Made by a program: the position numbers and the translations under genes
The notes under the pieces: model-generated
What the model saw: only the letters and a program-made list of their open reading frames with translations
The model's database searches: none
Told to the model about the DNA's origin: nothing
DNA from: Lentimicrobiaceae bacterium
Lineage (GTDB): Bacteria > Bacteroidota > Bacteroidia > Bacteroidales > UBA4417
Reading direction: 5' to 3'
Length of the DNA: 64,000 nucleotides
NCBI GenBank assembly: GCA_041753535.1
Contig: JBGSUB010000003.1
Coordinates: 5,905 to 69,904 of the forward strand
Shown: piece by piece, positions 48,083 through 58,161 of the stretch
Numbering within the stretch: position 1 is the stretch's first letter
How the letters are laid out: every line of letters begins with the position of its first letter

Positions 48083-49219
48083 ATGCTCCAGGATTATTTT
48101 GCCCAGAATCCTTTTTTATTCATTACCCTGATTGTGCTGTTTGCAGCAACCATTATACAAGTTGTGTATTATTGGGCAATTTATGGTAAAATAGCTTTTT
48201 TCAGGCAAAAAAACGAGTTTGTCCGTTCGGATCAACCGGTTTCGGTAATTGTATGTGCCCGCGACGAGTATTATAATCTGAAAGAAAACCTTCCCTTATT
48301 GCTTACCCAGGATTACTCGAACTATGAAGTTGTTGTGGTTAATCATGGCTCGGAAGATGATACTCAATACTTACTGCGTGATTTGTCGGAGGAGTACCCA
48401 AACCTGAAAATTGTAAATATTCCGCAGGATCTGAATTTCTTTACAGGCAAGAAGTTTCCGTTATCAATCGGTATAAAATCTGCTAAGCACGATGTGCTTT
48501 TATTTACTGATGCCGATTGTATTCCCCGCAGCAATCAATGGGTCAGGAGGATGGCAGCTAATTTTACTGAAGGCACCGAAATTGTGATCGGGTACGGAAC
48601 TTACCGTAAGTCGAATTCCTTACTCAATTTGCTGATACGCTTCGATACTTTGCGCATTGCAATGAATTACCTGGGTTTTGCCAGGGTCGGAATGCCGTAT
48701 ATGGGCGTAGGACGCAATATGGCCTACCGTAAATCGCTGTTTTACAATCAGAATGGATTTATTTCGCATTACCGTATTCAATCGGGCGACGATGACTTGT
48801 TTATTAATAAAGCTGCTACCGCAAAAAATACCCGTATCGAAATTCAGAATGATTCTCATACGGTAAGTTTACCGAAATCGTCCTTGAATTTGTGGATAAG
48901 GCAGAAACGCAGGCACCTTATGACTGGAGGGTATTATAAACCTTTTCATAAGTTTGCACTTGGGTTGTTTGCTTTCACACAGGTGTACTTTTGGGCAGCA
49001 TGCATAAGTTTGTTGATTGTTTGGTATCAGCCCTATGTTGTGATTGGGTTAGTCGTTTTGAGGCTGTTCAGTCAGTTGTTCATTACCGGAAAAGTGATGA
49101 AAAAACTTTCGGAAAGAGGATTCCTTTTACTGGTCCCGTTTTTTGAGCTTTTTCTTTTAGTCGTGAGCCCAATACTCGCATTGGCAAATGTTTTCAACAA
49201 ACCTGTCAAATGGAGATAG
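48083..49219 (+). CDS. Family-2 glycosyltransferase, membrane-anchored
   Basis: PVSVIVCARDE, FTDADC (DxD), C-terminal TM helices. Confidence 0.85.
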   Translation: MLQDYFAQNPFLFITLIVLFAATIIQVVYYWAIYGKIAFFRQKNEFVRSDQPVSVIVCARDEYYNLKENLPLLLTQDYSNYEVVVVNHGSEDDTQYLLRDLSEEYPNLKIVNIPQDLNFFTGKKFPLSIGIKSAKHDVLLFTDADCIPRSNQWVRRMAANFTEGTEIVIGYGTYRKSNSLLNLLIRFDTLRIAMNYLGFARVGMPYMGVGRNMAYRKSLFYNQNGFISHYRIQSGDDDLFINKAATAKNTRIEIQNDSHTVSLPKSSLNLWIRQKRRHLMTGGYYKPFHKFALGLFAFTQVYFWAACISLLIVWYQPYVVIGLVVLRLFSQLFITGKVMKKLSERGFLLLVPFFELFLLVVSPILALANVFNKPVKWR

Positions 49220-49577
49220 TAAAACCAGCTACAGAACTCTATTACTTTTAGTTAAACAGGTTATTAAATTCTGACAATAGGGATACTGAAGATGCCATTT
49301 GAACGGTACAAGTTAAAAAATCCCATATTAGTTGATTTTCATCAAATTTGGTGAATTACAGATTCTGAGTTTTTCATTGAATTTGAAGATTCTGGCCGTT
49401 CAATGAGAATTGGCGATTACAACAAAACTCCTGTTGAATGGTTATTTATACAGAAATCAATGAGTTAAGGGTAGCCGTTAAAAACAAGAGGTTCCAGAAT
49501 GTGGAGCTATTTAGCTTCAAAGGGAAACCGGGTTGTGTACCGGAAAACTGAGATTGAATTCAACTCTTTCCCTTATA

Positions 49578-50207
49578 ATGATTAGAATAAATTTCAAAAA
49601 AAGTATCTTGACTAAAACTGATTGCACCGATACTCACAACAATTCCGAGCGTGATTTGCGATTGGTCAGGCTGATATTGGATTCGGGCGACAGAACTGCC
49701 TATGTGCAGCTCATGGATACGTATTTTGATAAAGTATATACAAGGATGCTGAAAATGACCGGACAGCCCGGTGATGCCGAGGATCTTACCATGGAAGCTT
49801 TTAACAAGGCTTTTAGTAAACTCGACCAATATACTTCCGATTTTGCTTTCAGCACCTGGCTGTATCGTATTGCTAAAAATAATTGTATTGATCACCTTCG
49901 CAGGAACAAAAAGGATATCGATAACACGGTGAATGAGCATGAAGCCGAAGGTGGAATAGCGGCGCACGAACTGGCAAATCAATTGCCAAGTCCTGAACAA
50001 TTGCTGATCAACCAGCAGGAAACACGGCTGCTTCGCGAAATAGTTGATACCCTGCATCCGAAATACAAGGACATCATTAAGTTACACTATTTTAAGGAAT
50101 TATCCTGCGAGGAAATCGCTCATCAACTTGAACTGCCCGAGGGAACTGTTAAAGTTCGTTTGTTCAGGGCAAGGGAATTGCTTTATAATATTATGAGTAA
50201 ATCGTAA
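49578..50207 (+). CDS. Sigma-70 family RNA polymerase sigma factor (ECF-like)
   Basis: Region 2 FSTWLYRIAKNNCIDHLRR, region 4 ELSCEEIAHQLELPEGTVKVRLFRARELL; start taken at ATG 49578. Confidence 0.85.
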   Translation: MIRINFKKSILTKTDCTDTHNNSERDLRLVRLILDSGDRTAYVQLMDTYFDKVYTRMLKMTGQPGDAEDLTMEAFNKAFSKLDQYTSDFAFSTWLYRIAKNNCIDHLRRNKKDIDNTVNEHEAEGGIAAHELANQLPSPEQLLINQQETRLLREIVDTLHPKYKDIIKLHYFKELSCEEIAHQLELPEGTVKVRLFRARELLYNIMSKS

Positions 50208-50215
50208 TATGGAAG

Positions 50216-50253
50216 GGTGAGGGGTACAGCATGGAAAGGAGAGAAACGGAGAA
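50216..50253 (+). repeat. G-rich word pair GGGTGAGGGG + GAAACGGAGA, copy B
   Basis: GGGTGAGGGG 50216-50225 and GAAACGGAGA 50244-50253, starting 9 nt after the sigma-factor stop. Order and sense-strand orientation match copy A (19.14 kb). Confidence 0.7.
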
Positions 50254-50298
50254 AGGAGAAGGGTGATAAAACCTGAAGCAATTTAAAATCAGATACTT

Positions 50299-51210
50299 TT
50301 ATTCTTCTATTAACTTCTTTTCTACAAGAGCTTTCCGGCATGCAACCCGACCGGCTTCTATCAGTTCTTCGGTTTTATAGAAATCGAATGTCGAAGCAAT
50401 ATTTACAGAAGTCTCTACCAAAACATCGGGTTTATACTTTTCGATGTAAATACCGGCAGCTTTATTCTGAGCAAGGATGATTGATTCGGAAATTACATCA
50501 AACATATTAACGGGCTTGGGTTTGCGAGGCTTCCCATTCCTGTATTTTTCAATATAGTGATCAATAACACCTGACCATTTTTCGTTAAGAGCAGCTCTCA
50601 TCTTACCGTAATATTTTTCCAGATCTTCATGCTCCGGTTTTTTATATGGTATTTCGTAAGTAATATTGGCGTTCACATTCACTGCAATAAGTAAATCGCC
50701 TTCAGTACGCTTCACAAGGTCGAGAGGTAGCGGATTCAGCACTCCACCATCAACAAGCATCATGTCATCATATGCCACCGGGAGGAAAACAGTCGGAATA
50801 GAACTCGATGCCCTGATTGCCAGGAGCAAACTGCCTTTATTGAAAACCATTTCTTTATGCCCGTTTAAATCGGCAGCAACACAGGAATATGGCATCGGTA
50901 AATCTTCAATAGCAACATCTCCGATGAATTCCTCAAGCACTTTCATTATTTTTTCGCCCTTGATCAGTCCGCCATGCCCGATGGTTAAATCCATGAATTT
51001 AATAACGTCCATTTTGGTGAAACCCAATAGCCATTCAGTAAATTCAGGGAGTGTACCTTTGGCTAACATTCCACCTACCAGCGCTCCCATAGAGGCACCT
51101 GCTACCGATGTGATAGTGAAACCTGCTTTTATGAGTTCTTCAATTACACCAATATGGGCAATACCCCTGGCACCTCCGCTCGAAAGAACCAATGCAACAT
51201 TTCGCGACAT
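50299..51210 (-). CDS. Patatin-like phospholipase
   Basis: LSSGGARGIAHIG (oxyanion), GASMG (nucleophile elbow), DGG. Confidence 0.9.
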   Translation of the reverse strand: MSRNVALVLSSGGARGIAHIGVIEELIKAGFTITSVAGASMGALVGGMLAKGTLPEFTEWLLGFTKMDVIKFMDLTIGHGGLIKGEKIMKVLEEFIGDVAIEDLPMPYSCVAADLNGHKEMVFNKGSLLLAIRASSSIPTVFLPVAYDDMMLVDGGVLNPLPLDLVKRTEGDLLIAVNVNANITYEIPYKKPEHEDLEKYYGKMRAALNEKWSGVIDHYIEKYRNGKPRKPKPVNMFDVISESIILAQNKAAGIYIEKYKPDVLVETSVNIASTFDFYKTEELIEAGRVACRKALVEKKLIEE

Positions 51211-51293
51211 ATACCGGGTTTTAGTGGGTAGTAAAACTTTTTAAGAATAACCTGAAATTTCAACGAAATCAATGATTCACAAATATAGGTGAA

Positions 51294-51992
51294 TCAGATA
51301 TATAATGGCAGTGATTTTTTAATTTCTTCCCAGGATGTACTTTGGATATTGCATGGCAGATAGGGGAGAGGAGCACACACAGCCATCAGGTATTCGGGCG
51401 AAAGGCATGATGTTTCAATACCAAAACCTTTAGCTTCTTCGTTTCCCGTGAGCAGGTAGGAATCACCGTCTTTAACTATAGTAAAGGAGTTCAGGTGCTG
51501 CGTGAGTCCACGGCCAACCGCTTTCAGGTAGCTTTCTTTTATGGTCCACAGGGTGATAAAATAGTGCATCCTTTCTTCCTCTTTACATGCCATCAGGTCA
51601 TTGATTTCCTTTTCCGAAAAAAACCTTTCAGCAATGCGAAGGTTTATTTTCCGCACACGTTCCACATCAATTCCGATTTCGGAGGAAGATACTGCACAGA
51701 CAACGAAATTTCCTGAATGTGAAATATTAAAATGAATACCGGTAAAATTTTCGATATGAGGTTTGCCTTTATCACCAAAACGAAGGATAATTTCCTGATC
51801 AGCTTTTCCTGTATATTGCCCGACCGAATACCTTGCCAGCAGTTCGCCGGCAACTGTATGTAACTTGCTTGTGAGGTTCTGCCGGTCCTGCACACGCAAC
51901 TTCCCTGCTTCAGGCAGGTATTGAAACAAACCGTCCTGGAATTCAGGCTTGTAGTCGGTTTCTTCGAGTTGCAGGGTGAAGACTTTGATCAT
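51294..51992 (-). CDS. 4'-phosphopantetheinyl transferase, Sfp-type
   Basis: GKPHI...FNISHSG..V.CAVS...IGIDVE and WTIKESYLKAVG. Confidence 0.88.
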   Translation of the reverse strand: MIKVFTLQLEETDYKPEFQDGLFQYLPEAGKLRVQDRQNLTSKLHTVAGELLARYSVGQYTGKADQEIILRFGDKGKPHIENFTGIHFNISHSGNFVVCAVSSSEIGIDVERVRKINLRIAERFFSEKEINDLMACKEEERMHYFITLWTIKESYLKAVGRGLTQHLNSFTIVKDGDSYLLTGNEEAKGFGIETSCLSPEYLMAVCAPLPYLPCNIQSTSWEEIKKSLPLYI

Positions 51993-51997
51993 GGAAG

Positions 51998-52207
51998 GGT
52001 TTGAAGAGTTTAGAGTGTTTTAAGTGTTTTAAGGGTTTTAAGGGTTTGAAGGATTTCGGGTTTTGGAGTATACAGGCACTGAGCAGAGGTTGTTGAGCGA
52101 AGTCAAAACAACTCGAAGTGCGGGTTCGAAGAGATTGAAGGCTTGCCTGCTGCAAGCAGGGTTTCGGGTTTCGCAGTATCCGGGCACTGAGTGGAGAAGT
52201 GTGGGAT
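51998..52207. repeat. Second locus of the GGGTTTGAAGAGTT / GGAGTAT...GTGCGGGTT repeat family
   Basis: 14-mer at 51998-52011. Unit copy 52066-52127 carries an inserted nested hairpin GTTGTT...AACAAC. Diverged copy at 52172-52207. Small hairpin CCTGCT-GCA-AGCAGG at 52147-52161. Confidence 0.8.
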
Positions 52208-52404
52208 ATAAGGGTTTTAGGTTTTAAATGTTCAATGGTTCAATTGTTTGAAAGAGCTGTGAAAAACTCTGGATTATTCTTCATGATTGAAATGAAGAAA
52301 ACTACTAAGGCAATAGGCACACTTTAATCAGCATTTACAGAAGACAAATTGCCGAATTGTCAAATTACCGAATTGTCGAATTACCGAATTGTCGAATTAT
52401 AACA

Positions 52405-53631
52405 TTAATTCATTCTCCCGGCATCCACTTCTTTCATAACCCTCATCAAATTTCCGCCCCAGATCTTTTTAATATTTTTCTCACTATACCCACGTTTTAC
52501 CAGTTCCAGGGTTATGTTACCCATTTCGCTCACATCCTGGCATCCTTCAACCCCGCCTCCGCCGTCGAAGTCAGTGCCGATACCAACATGGTTGATACCT
52601 GCAATTTTTACCATATGGTCAATATGATCGACTACATCGCTCACAGTTGCCAGTTTTTGAGGAAACTTATCATCCACAGCATGCCAGTCGGCACTTGCTG
52701 CTTCCCATTGCTCATCTTTGAGATCCTGAAAATTGTTGTACTTTTTTCTGACTGCAATTTTTGCTGAATCACGTTCAGGATTGGGCAAAGGTGTTTTAAC
52801 ATAATCGCTTAGTATGCACATTTGTATTACACCGTTGTTTTCAGCGAGCGCTTTCAGCATATTGTCAGTGAGGTTTCGCGGGTTGTCGCATAAGGCACGG
52901 GCACACGAGTGCGAAGCGATTACAGGTGTTTTGCTCAGCTTTATAACGTCATAAAATGATTGGTCTGACACATGCGACACATCAATCATCATTCCAAGCC
53001 GGTTCATTTCCTTTACGACCCCAATACCAAAATCACTTAAACCAACTGTATTTGCCGTATCAGTCGAACTGGTGCAGATATCATTGTTTTTGGTATGACA
53101 CAGAGTAATATATCTGGCTCCGCGATCGTAAAAGTGCTTTATATTCGAAAGATCATTCCCGATCGGATACCCATTTTCGACACCGATGAAAACAACGCTT
53201 TTGCCTTCCTTCACCAGTTTGTAGGCTTCTTCGGGAGTTGTGGCAATTCCACTTATAGCTCTGTTACGATTAATAGCTGCATCAATTGAATCAAAAATCA
53301 TTTCAGCCTTTGCTTTTACTTTACTATTCCCTTCGGGTGTGCGTGGTCCCTGGCTGGTAAACACAGCGAAAAATACGGCATCCAAACCACCCTGCCGCAT
53401 TCGGGGAAAATCAACGCAACTGCGTACCCCGGTTATGCTGTTATCCCGGGCAATGTTGAACTTCTTGTTTGTAAAATTGAGGGGTGTATCTGTATGCGAA
53501 TCCACCGTAAAGGCTGAAGCATGAATTCGGGCTGCTTTGATTTCGATCTTACTTTTATTTTGTGCCCGAACGGAGTAGCTGTTCACAAAAAAAGCAGAGG
53601 CAAGAAGGACGAGCGTAAAGAAAAATTTCAT
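52405..53631 (-). CDS. Membrane (renal-type) dipeptidase, M19 family
   Basis: Signal peptide; VDSHTDTP, GGLDAVFFAV, GIGTDFDGGGG. Confidence 0.9.
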   Translation of the reverse strand: MKFFFTLVLLASAFFVNSYSVRAQNKSKIEIKAARIHASAFTVDSHTDTPLNFTNKKFNIARDNSITGVRSCVDFPRMRQGGLDAVFFAVFTSQGPRTPEGNSKVKAKAEMIFDSIDAAINRNRAISGIATTPEEAYKLVKEGKSVVFIGVENGYPIGNDLSNIKHFYDRGARYITLCHTKNNDICTSSTDTANTVGLSDFGIGVVKEMNRLGMMIDVSHVSDQSFYDVIKLSKTPVIASHSCARALCDNPRNLTDNMLKALAENNGVIQMCILSDYVKTPLPNPERDSAKIAVRKKYNNFQDLKDEQWEAASADWHAVDDKFPQKLATVSDVVDHIDHMVKIAGINHVGIGTDFDGGGGVEGCQDVSEMGNITLELVKRGYSEKNIKKIWGGNLMRVMKEVDAGRMN

Positions 53632-53654
53632 GGTGAGAGTGTTGACTGGATTGA

Positions 53655-53662
53655 CAAAAGTA
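53655..53662 (-). promoter_or_regulatory. -7 promoter box (TAnnTTTG)
   Basis: TACTTTTG on minus strand, 23 nt upstream of ATG 53631. Confidence 0.5.
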
Positions 53663-53673
53663 CTAAAATAAGG

Positions 53674-54276
53674 TTATTCAACGGGTTTAAGTGCTACCAA
53701 CTGAATCACATCAGCCAGTCCCTGGTGAAGCGGACCTTCATTAAGTAACGATTGTGTTTCGTGAAATTTCATAAAAATGAGTTCTTTGAAGTCTGAGGTA
53801 ATGTGCTCTTCTAAAAAAAGCAGTTCAGCGGTCTTAGGGCCTCCGCTTGTCCTGGGAAGCTGATTAAGTGAAAATGCCTCCAGTATAAGGGTGCCACCGG
53901 GTTTAAGGGCTTTAATAACCGCATGATGAACCTGTTGCCGCAATCCATCGGGAAGATGTACAAATATCAGTGCAATGCAATCGTACTGATCAGGTTCCGG
54001 GTTCCAATCATTGAGTGATTGAATAAAATAGTTGATGGTGACTCCTTTACGAGTGGCTAATTGAATTGCTTTCTTCTGACCTTCAGTGCTCTGATCGAAA
54101 GCATCGGTCAGCCAGCCCAGTGAGGCTGCGAACACTGCATTGCGACCTTCGCCTTCGGCAGCGAATAAAATTCTGCCAGGTTTTAAGCGGGCAAGTTGCT
54201 CCTTAAGAAACATGTTTGGCTCGGTTCCGTAGATATATTCCTGTCGGGCATACCGCTCATCCCATTGGTTTTGCAT
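53674..54276 (-). CDS. Class I SAM-dependent methyltransferase
   Basis: 200 aa; motif I-like ILFAAEGEGRNAVF, LKPGGTLILE. Confidence 0.8.
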   Translation of the reverse strand: MQNQWDERYARQEYIYGTEPNMFLKEQLARLKPGRILFAAEGEGRNAVFAASLGWLTDAFDQSTEGQKKAIQLATRKGVTINYFIQSLNDWNPEPDQYDCIALIFVHLPDGLRQQVHHAVIKALKPGGTLILEAFSLNQLPRTSGGPKTAELLFLEEHITSDFKELIFMKFHETQSLLNEGPLHQGLADVIQLVALKPVE

Positions 54277-54305
54277 ATTGTTTTCTTTTGTTTTTTGAAG
54301 TCCCT

Positions 54306-54369
54306 GGCCTGTATCAGGTGATAGCCCGACCTGTATCAGGTGGTAACCCCGGCCTGTAGGCCGGGGTTA
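54306..54369. repeat. 22-23-nt tandem repeat (2.4 copies) ending in an 11-bp GC-rich hairpin that spans a stop codon
   Basis: CCTGTATCAGGTG at 54308-54320 and 54330-54342, truncated third copy CCTGTAGG at 54353-54360. Hairpin TAACCCCGGCC (54344-54354) / GGCCGGGGTTA (54359-54369), loop TGTA. 54367-54369 is the stop codon of the esterase gene. Confidence 0.85.
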
Positions 54370-56493
54370 GTCCACCACGATCTCGTCAGCAAACAACCAG
54401 CATTTTTCACCTTTACCCGGATGCCAGGCCGGGCAGCTTGCCTGATTTTCAGCGGTTACTTTTACGTACCTAATTGTGCCTTTTGCAGCAAAGGTAAGCG
54501 GTTGAATGAAAACATCCTTTTCTTCGGTTAAAGCAGTAAAACTCTTTTCGCCGATACTTCTGTACGTTACAGCATCTTCTGAAACCTCAACAGTTACCTT
54601 TTTTGGTAAAAATATCCATGAGTTGTTATCCGAGAGGAAATTACATTTGATAGTATTAGCTTTTACTGATTTCCCAAGGTCAATTGTCACTTCCAGGTCA
54701 TCGCCTTCAAATCCCTGCCAGTTTCCATCCTGTGCATTTTTTGTGGCTGTAATACCATCAGTTAAAGCAATTTTGCCTCCGGCTGTATAATATGGAGAGC
54801 AAGGCGATTTGTAAGTGATTTTGGCACCTGACGCTTTGTTAATAATTATATTCCAGCTATTTACGCTTTCCGATAGATATCCATCGCGAGCCACAACTGC
54901 ATAAAGAGTTCCTGGTTTACCGGCTGGAATTGGGCTTAGATAGTGGGCTGAATTTTTTGTCGGCAGTTTATTGAAATCATAAAAGATATTTGTTTCACGT
55001 GCTTTTGTGGATAATTCATATGACATGGTTTTCGTATCCTGATCAAAAACCGCAATCAACATTGCATTATCGGTAATAATATCCCAGTTATCAGTGCGGA
55101 AGGATGGAGCCGGCAGTCCGGCACCATTAAAAAATGTAGCTTCTGAAGTATTGGTGAAGGCATATCTTACTGCCAGAGGCTGTTTTACTTTTGATGAAGA
55201 GACTAAAACTTTGTTCCCCTCGATTTTAACATTTGCAGGATAAAAAATGCGGTCTGCTCCGGCTATTTTAAACTTGTTCTTTTCGGTTTGACTGATTTTC
55301 AAGCCGCCGTCGGCATTGGTAAAATCAAGAATAACGGTTTTTCCTGATATTTTCATTTCTTTAAAAAGCGGTCCTGAGAATTTGACTTCTGATTTTCCGT
55401 AAGTTTTATTTAACGCCCATAAAGCAAGCCTTTTGCTTACATCCTGCTTGTTTTTGGGATGTATATCGGCAATATTATCAACCAAATCCATTGTAACTGC
55501 CATTCCTGTATTGGGTATCGAAAGGCATTTTACTTGTGCTTCGCGCAATAATGCTCCTGAAAAAGGTTCGCCGTAAGTGTAAGGTGCAATCTGGACAAAA
55601 TAGAACGGGAAGTCACCCAATCCCCAGGCTTTTCGCCACGAAGAAATCATCGTTTTCATTAACAACGGATAAAGCCTGGCATCTTTCCTGTTCGACTCGC
55701 CCTGGTACCATATGGCCCCTTTTATAGTGTAATTGAGCAAAGGATTAATCATTGCATTAAACAGTACTCCGGGATTACCAGGCCACCACTGACTCCCGTT
55801 CCAGTGATTAAGATAAAACCCAAGGTCAGGTTCGGCTTTGATACTTTCAACCGGAGTCCATACTTCGGCCGGAGTTCCGCCCCAGGCTGTGGCTATTAAT
55901 CCGACAGGTACACCCAGTTGTTTGCTGAGGTTGGCTCCGTAAAACCAGGCAGTCGCACTGAAGTCATTCACGGTATTGGTATCGGCTGTAAGCCAGTTTC
56001 CTTTGCAATCTGCTAACGGATTTGCAGAAGTATCTTTCTGAACAGTGAAAACACGCACTGAGGAGTACATTCCACCGGCAACTTCTTCCCTTACTTCAGG
56101 ATTATAGTTTTTCCAGCCACCAAGCCCGCGCATAGTAAAGTCCATATTCGATTGTCCGGAACAAACCCACACTTCTCCAATCATCACATTATTAATGGTT
56201 ATGGTGTAATCGCGACCGGTAACTGTAATTTTATACGGCCCACCTGCCGAAGGCGTTTTTATAGTGATTTTCCAGGTTCCGTCCTCTAAGGCTTTCGTAT
56301 TTGAAGGCGATGAAAGCCAGCTGGCGTCAATGCTTACACTTTCCCCGGCATCGGCCCAGCCCCAGACATTTATTTCGGCATTTTGTTGCAAAACCATATT
56401 GTTGCCGATAAGAGCCGGCAGCCTGACAGCCCCGTAAGCCTGAAAACAGCTGATCAGCAAAAGCAGGTATAGGGGATAAATTGCCTTTTTCAT
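54367..56493 (-). CDS. Sialate O-acetylesterase-like SGNH hydrolase with C-terminal discoidin (F5/8 type C)-like domain
   Basis: Signal peptide; GEVWVCSGQSNM nucleophile block; C-terminal ~150 aa with the GNWQGFEGDD...IRYVKV pattern. Confidence 0.8.
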   Translation of the reverse strand: MKKAIYPLYLLLLISCFQAYGAVRLPALIGNNMVLQQNAEINVWGWADAGESVSIDASWLSSPSNTKALEDGTWKITIKTPSAGGPYKITVTGRDYTITINNVMIGEVWVCSGQSNMDFTMRGLGGWKNYNPEVREEVAGGMYSSVRVFTVQKDTSANPLADCKGNWLTADTNTVNDFSATAWFYGANLSKQLGVPVGLIATAWGGTPAEVWTPVESIKAEPDLGFYLNHWNGSQWWPGNPGVLFNAMINPLLNYTIKGAIWYQGESNRKDARLYPLLMKTMISSWRKAWGLGDFPFYFVQIAPYTYGEPFSGALLREAQVKCLSIPNTGMAVTMDLVDNIADIHPKNKQDVSKRLALWALNKTYGKSEVKFSGPLFKEMKISGKTVILDFTNADGGLKISQTEKNKFKIAGADRIFYPANVKIEGNKVLVSSSKVKQPLAVRYAFTNTSEATFFNGAGLPAPSFRTDNWDIITDNAMLIAVFDQDTKTMSYELSTKARETNIFYDFNKLPTKNSAHYLSPIPAGKPGTLYAVVARDGYLSESVNSWNIIINKASGAKITYKSPCSPYYTAGGKIALTDGITATKNAQDGNWQGFEGDDLEVTIDLGKSVKANTIKCNFLSDNNSWIFLPKKVTVEVSEDAVTYRSIGEKSFTALTEEKDVFIQPLTFAAKGTIRYVKVTAENQASCPAWHPGKGEKCWLFADEIVVD

Positions 56494-56521
56494 TCTGAAT
56501 GAATTTATGATTTATTTATTG

Positions 56522-56529
56522 CAAAGCTA
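56522..56529 (-). promoter_or_regulatory. -7 promoter box (TAnnTTTG)
   Basis: TAGCTTTG on minus strand, 28 nt upstream of ATG 56493. Confidence 0.5.
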
Positions 56530-56550
56530 AAACTTCTCTGAGTCTTTTTC

Positions 56551-56558
56551 TAAATTTG
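56551..56558 (+). promoter_or_regulatory. -7 promoter box (TAnnTTTG)
   Basis: TAAATTTG, 36 nt upstream of ATG 56595. Confidence 0.5.
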
Positions 56559-56594
56559 TTTCACTCTTGTTAACGTTATTAATGTGCATGTTTT

Positions 56595-57341
56595 ATGGAA
56601 ATCATTAAGCTAACATCCGAAAATATTGCTTCCGAACACATTTGCTGTGCCTTTGCCGATAAAAAATGTACAGCTGGTTACGTGGCCAAAAAAGAATGGC
56701 TGACCAATCGTTTTAAACAGGGTTATGTCTTCAAAAAGCTGGATGTAAGGGGAAAAGTATTTATTCAGTATGGTCCGGCTGAGTTTGCATGGGCACCGGT
56801 TTCTGCCCCCGGATACACCCTGGTTGATTGTTTCTGGGTTTCGGGTCAGTTTAAGGAACAAGGATACGGGAAAGCACTTTTCCAGGAATGTGTTGCCGAT
56901 TCGAAGGATAAGAATGGTATTGTTGTGATTACTGGAAACAAAAAAATGCCCTTTCTGTCGGACAAGAAATTTTTCGAAAAGCAGGGATTTGAGCTCTGTG
57001 ACACTGCTGATCCATATTTCGAATTATGGTTCAAATGTTTCAAAAATGATGTTCCGCAACCAAAGTTTAACCCGTGTGTAAAAAATGCCATTTGCGATAT
57101 TCCTGCGGGCTTTGCGGTTTACTATACCGATGCCTGCCCGTTCACTGATTTTTATGTAAATACTGAACTGGCAGAAGCCGCAAAAGCGAAAAATATTCCA
57201 TTGTATATCAAGAAGATTGAAACTATGGAGGAGGCACAAAGGCATTTTGTACCGTTTACAATCTTTAGCCTGTTTTATAACGGCAAGTTTGTTACCCACC
57301 AGATTTTAAGTAAAAATAGTTTTGGAAAATTGTTTGGTTAG
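56595..57341 (+). CDS. GNAT N-acetyltransferase fused to a YoaP-like C-terminal domain
   Basis: GNAT motif A QGYGKALFQEC; C-terminal Cys-containing ~80 aa (YYTDACPF...) resembles YoaP. Confidence 0.7.
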   Translation: MEIIKLTSENIASEHICCAFADKKCTAGYVAKKEWLTNRFKQGYVFKKLDVRGKVFIQYGPAEFAWAPVSAPGYTLVDCFWVSGQFKEQGYGKALFQECVADSKDKNGIVVITGNKKMPFLSDKKFFEKQGFELCDTADPYFELWFKCFKNDVPQPKFNPCVKNAICDIPAGFAVYYTDACPFTDFYVNTELAEAAKAKNIPLYIKKIETMEEAQRHFVPFTIFSLFYNGKFVTHQILSKNSFGKLFG

Positions 57342-57603
57342 CTATTTTATTACAGAAGGTATGGATGTGTAGTTAAGTGAATCAATTCTGCATGAATACC
57401 TAAATCCGGCTTTTTAAGGCTCTATTCAAGTAGAATTCAAACAAAATATTAATATTATTTGTTGAAAGAACTATAACAGACAATAAGTTGTCAGCAGCTA
57501 AAGGTTTAATCCTCCTGATTCCGGTTTGAGTTAAAGCAGAATAATGCAGGTTCTCAATCTTATTCTTTATTTCCCTTCCTTAAAACTCTTTTAAAAAATC
57601 TTT

Positions 57604-57996
57604 ATGCAAACAAATGTTTACGGAGAAAAATTAATTCCTTGCAGCAAAAAACCGATAACAGGTTTTTACCGTGATGGCTTCTGCCATACCGACAAAAATG
57701 ATGAAGGAGTTCATTCGGTATGTGTTATTGTGACGAAAGATTTTTTGGACTATTCCAAAAACCTGGGAAACGATCTTGTCACACCTATGCCTGAATGGAA
57801 TTTTACTGGTTTAGTACCCGGCGACCGGTGGTGCCTGTGTGCCTCCCGATGGATTGAAGCATGGAATGCCGGTGTCGCTCCGCAGGTTGTACTTGAGGCT
57901 ACACACGAAAAAACCCTCGATCTTATTCCGCTCGACGAACTTATTAAGTTTGCATACAAAAGCCCTGACAAGGAAAAACTAACTCCCGGAATGTAG
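57604..57996 (+). CDS. DUF2237-family protein
   Basis: 130 aa; GFYRDGFC......D.G.H.VC...T..FL, PGDRWCLCA..W. Confidence 0.75.
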   Translation: MQTNVYGEKLIPCSKKPITGFYRDGFCHTDKNDEGVHSVCVIVTKDFLDYSKNLGNDLVTPMPEWNFTGLVPGDRWCLCASRWIEAWNAGVAPQVVLEATHEKTLDLIPLDELIKFAYKSPDKEKLTPGM

Positions 57997-58161
57997 CCTT
58001 CACAAATCTTCAGATTTACTAAAATGAAATCAGGCTCTCAAAAAACTGACTGATAAAAACTGCAGAAGAATTAGTATGCATATTTGTTTCAGCAATGGCT
58101 AAATTTTAGATTTCTTTTTGATAACAGCTTCTTTGTTTTTAAACAATTAACACCCAGTTTT

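Noticed and set aside
52118-52135. tRNA T-arm-like GGTTCGAAG
   Set aside because: There is no acceptor, D or anticodon stem around it. It is part of the repeat unit. No other intergenic region shows a cloverleaf candidate.
51943-52155. 70-aa ORF with KPLKPLKHLKHSK low-complexity sequence
   Set aside because: It is translated from the GGGTTTTAAGGG/GTTTGAAG word repeats and overlaps the PPTase start. It is not a gene.
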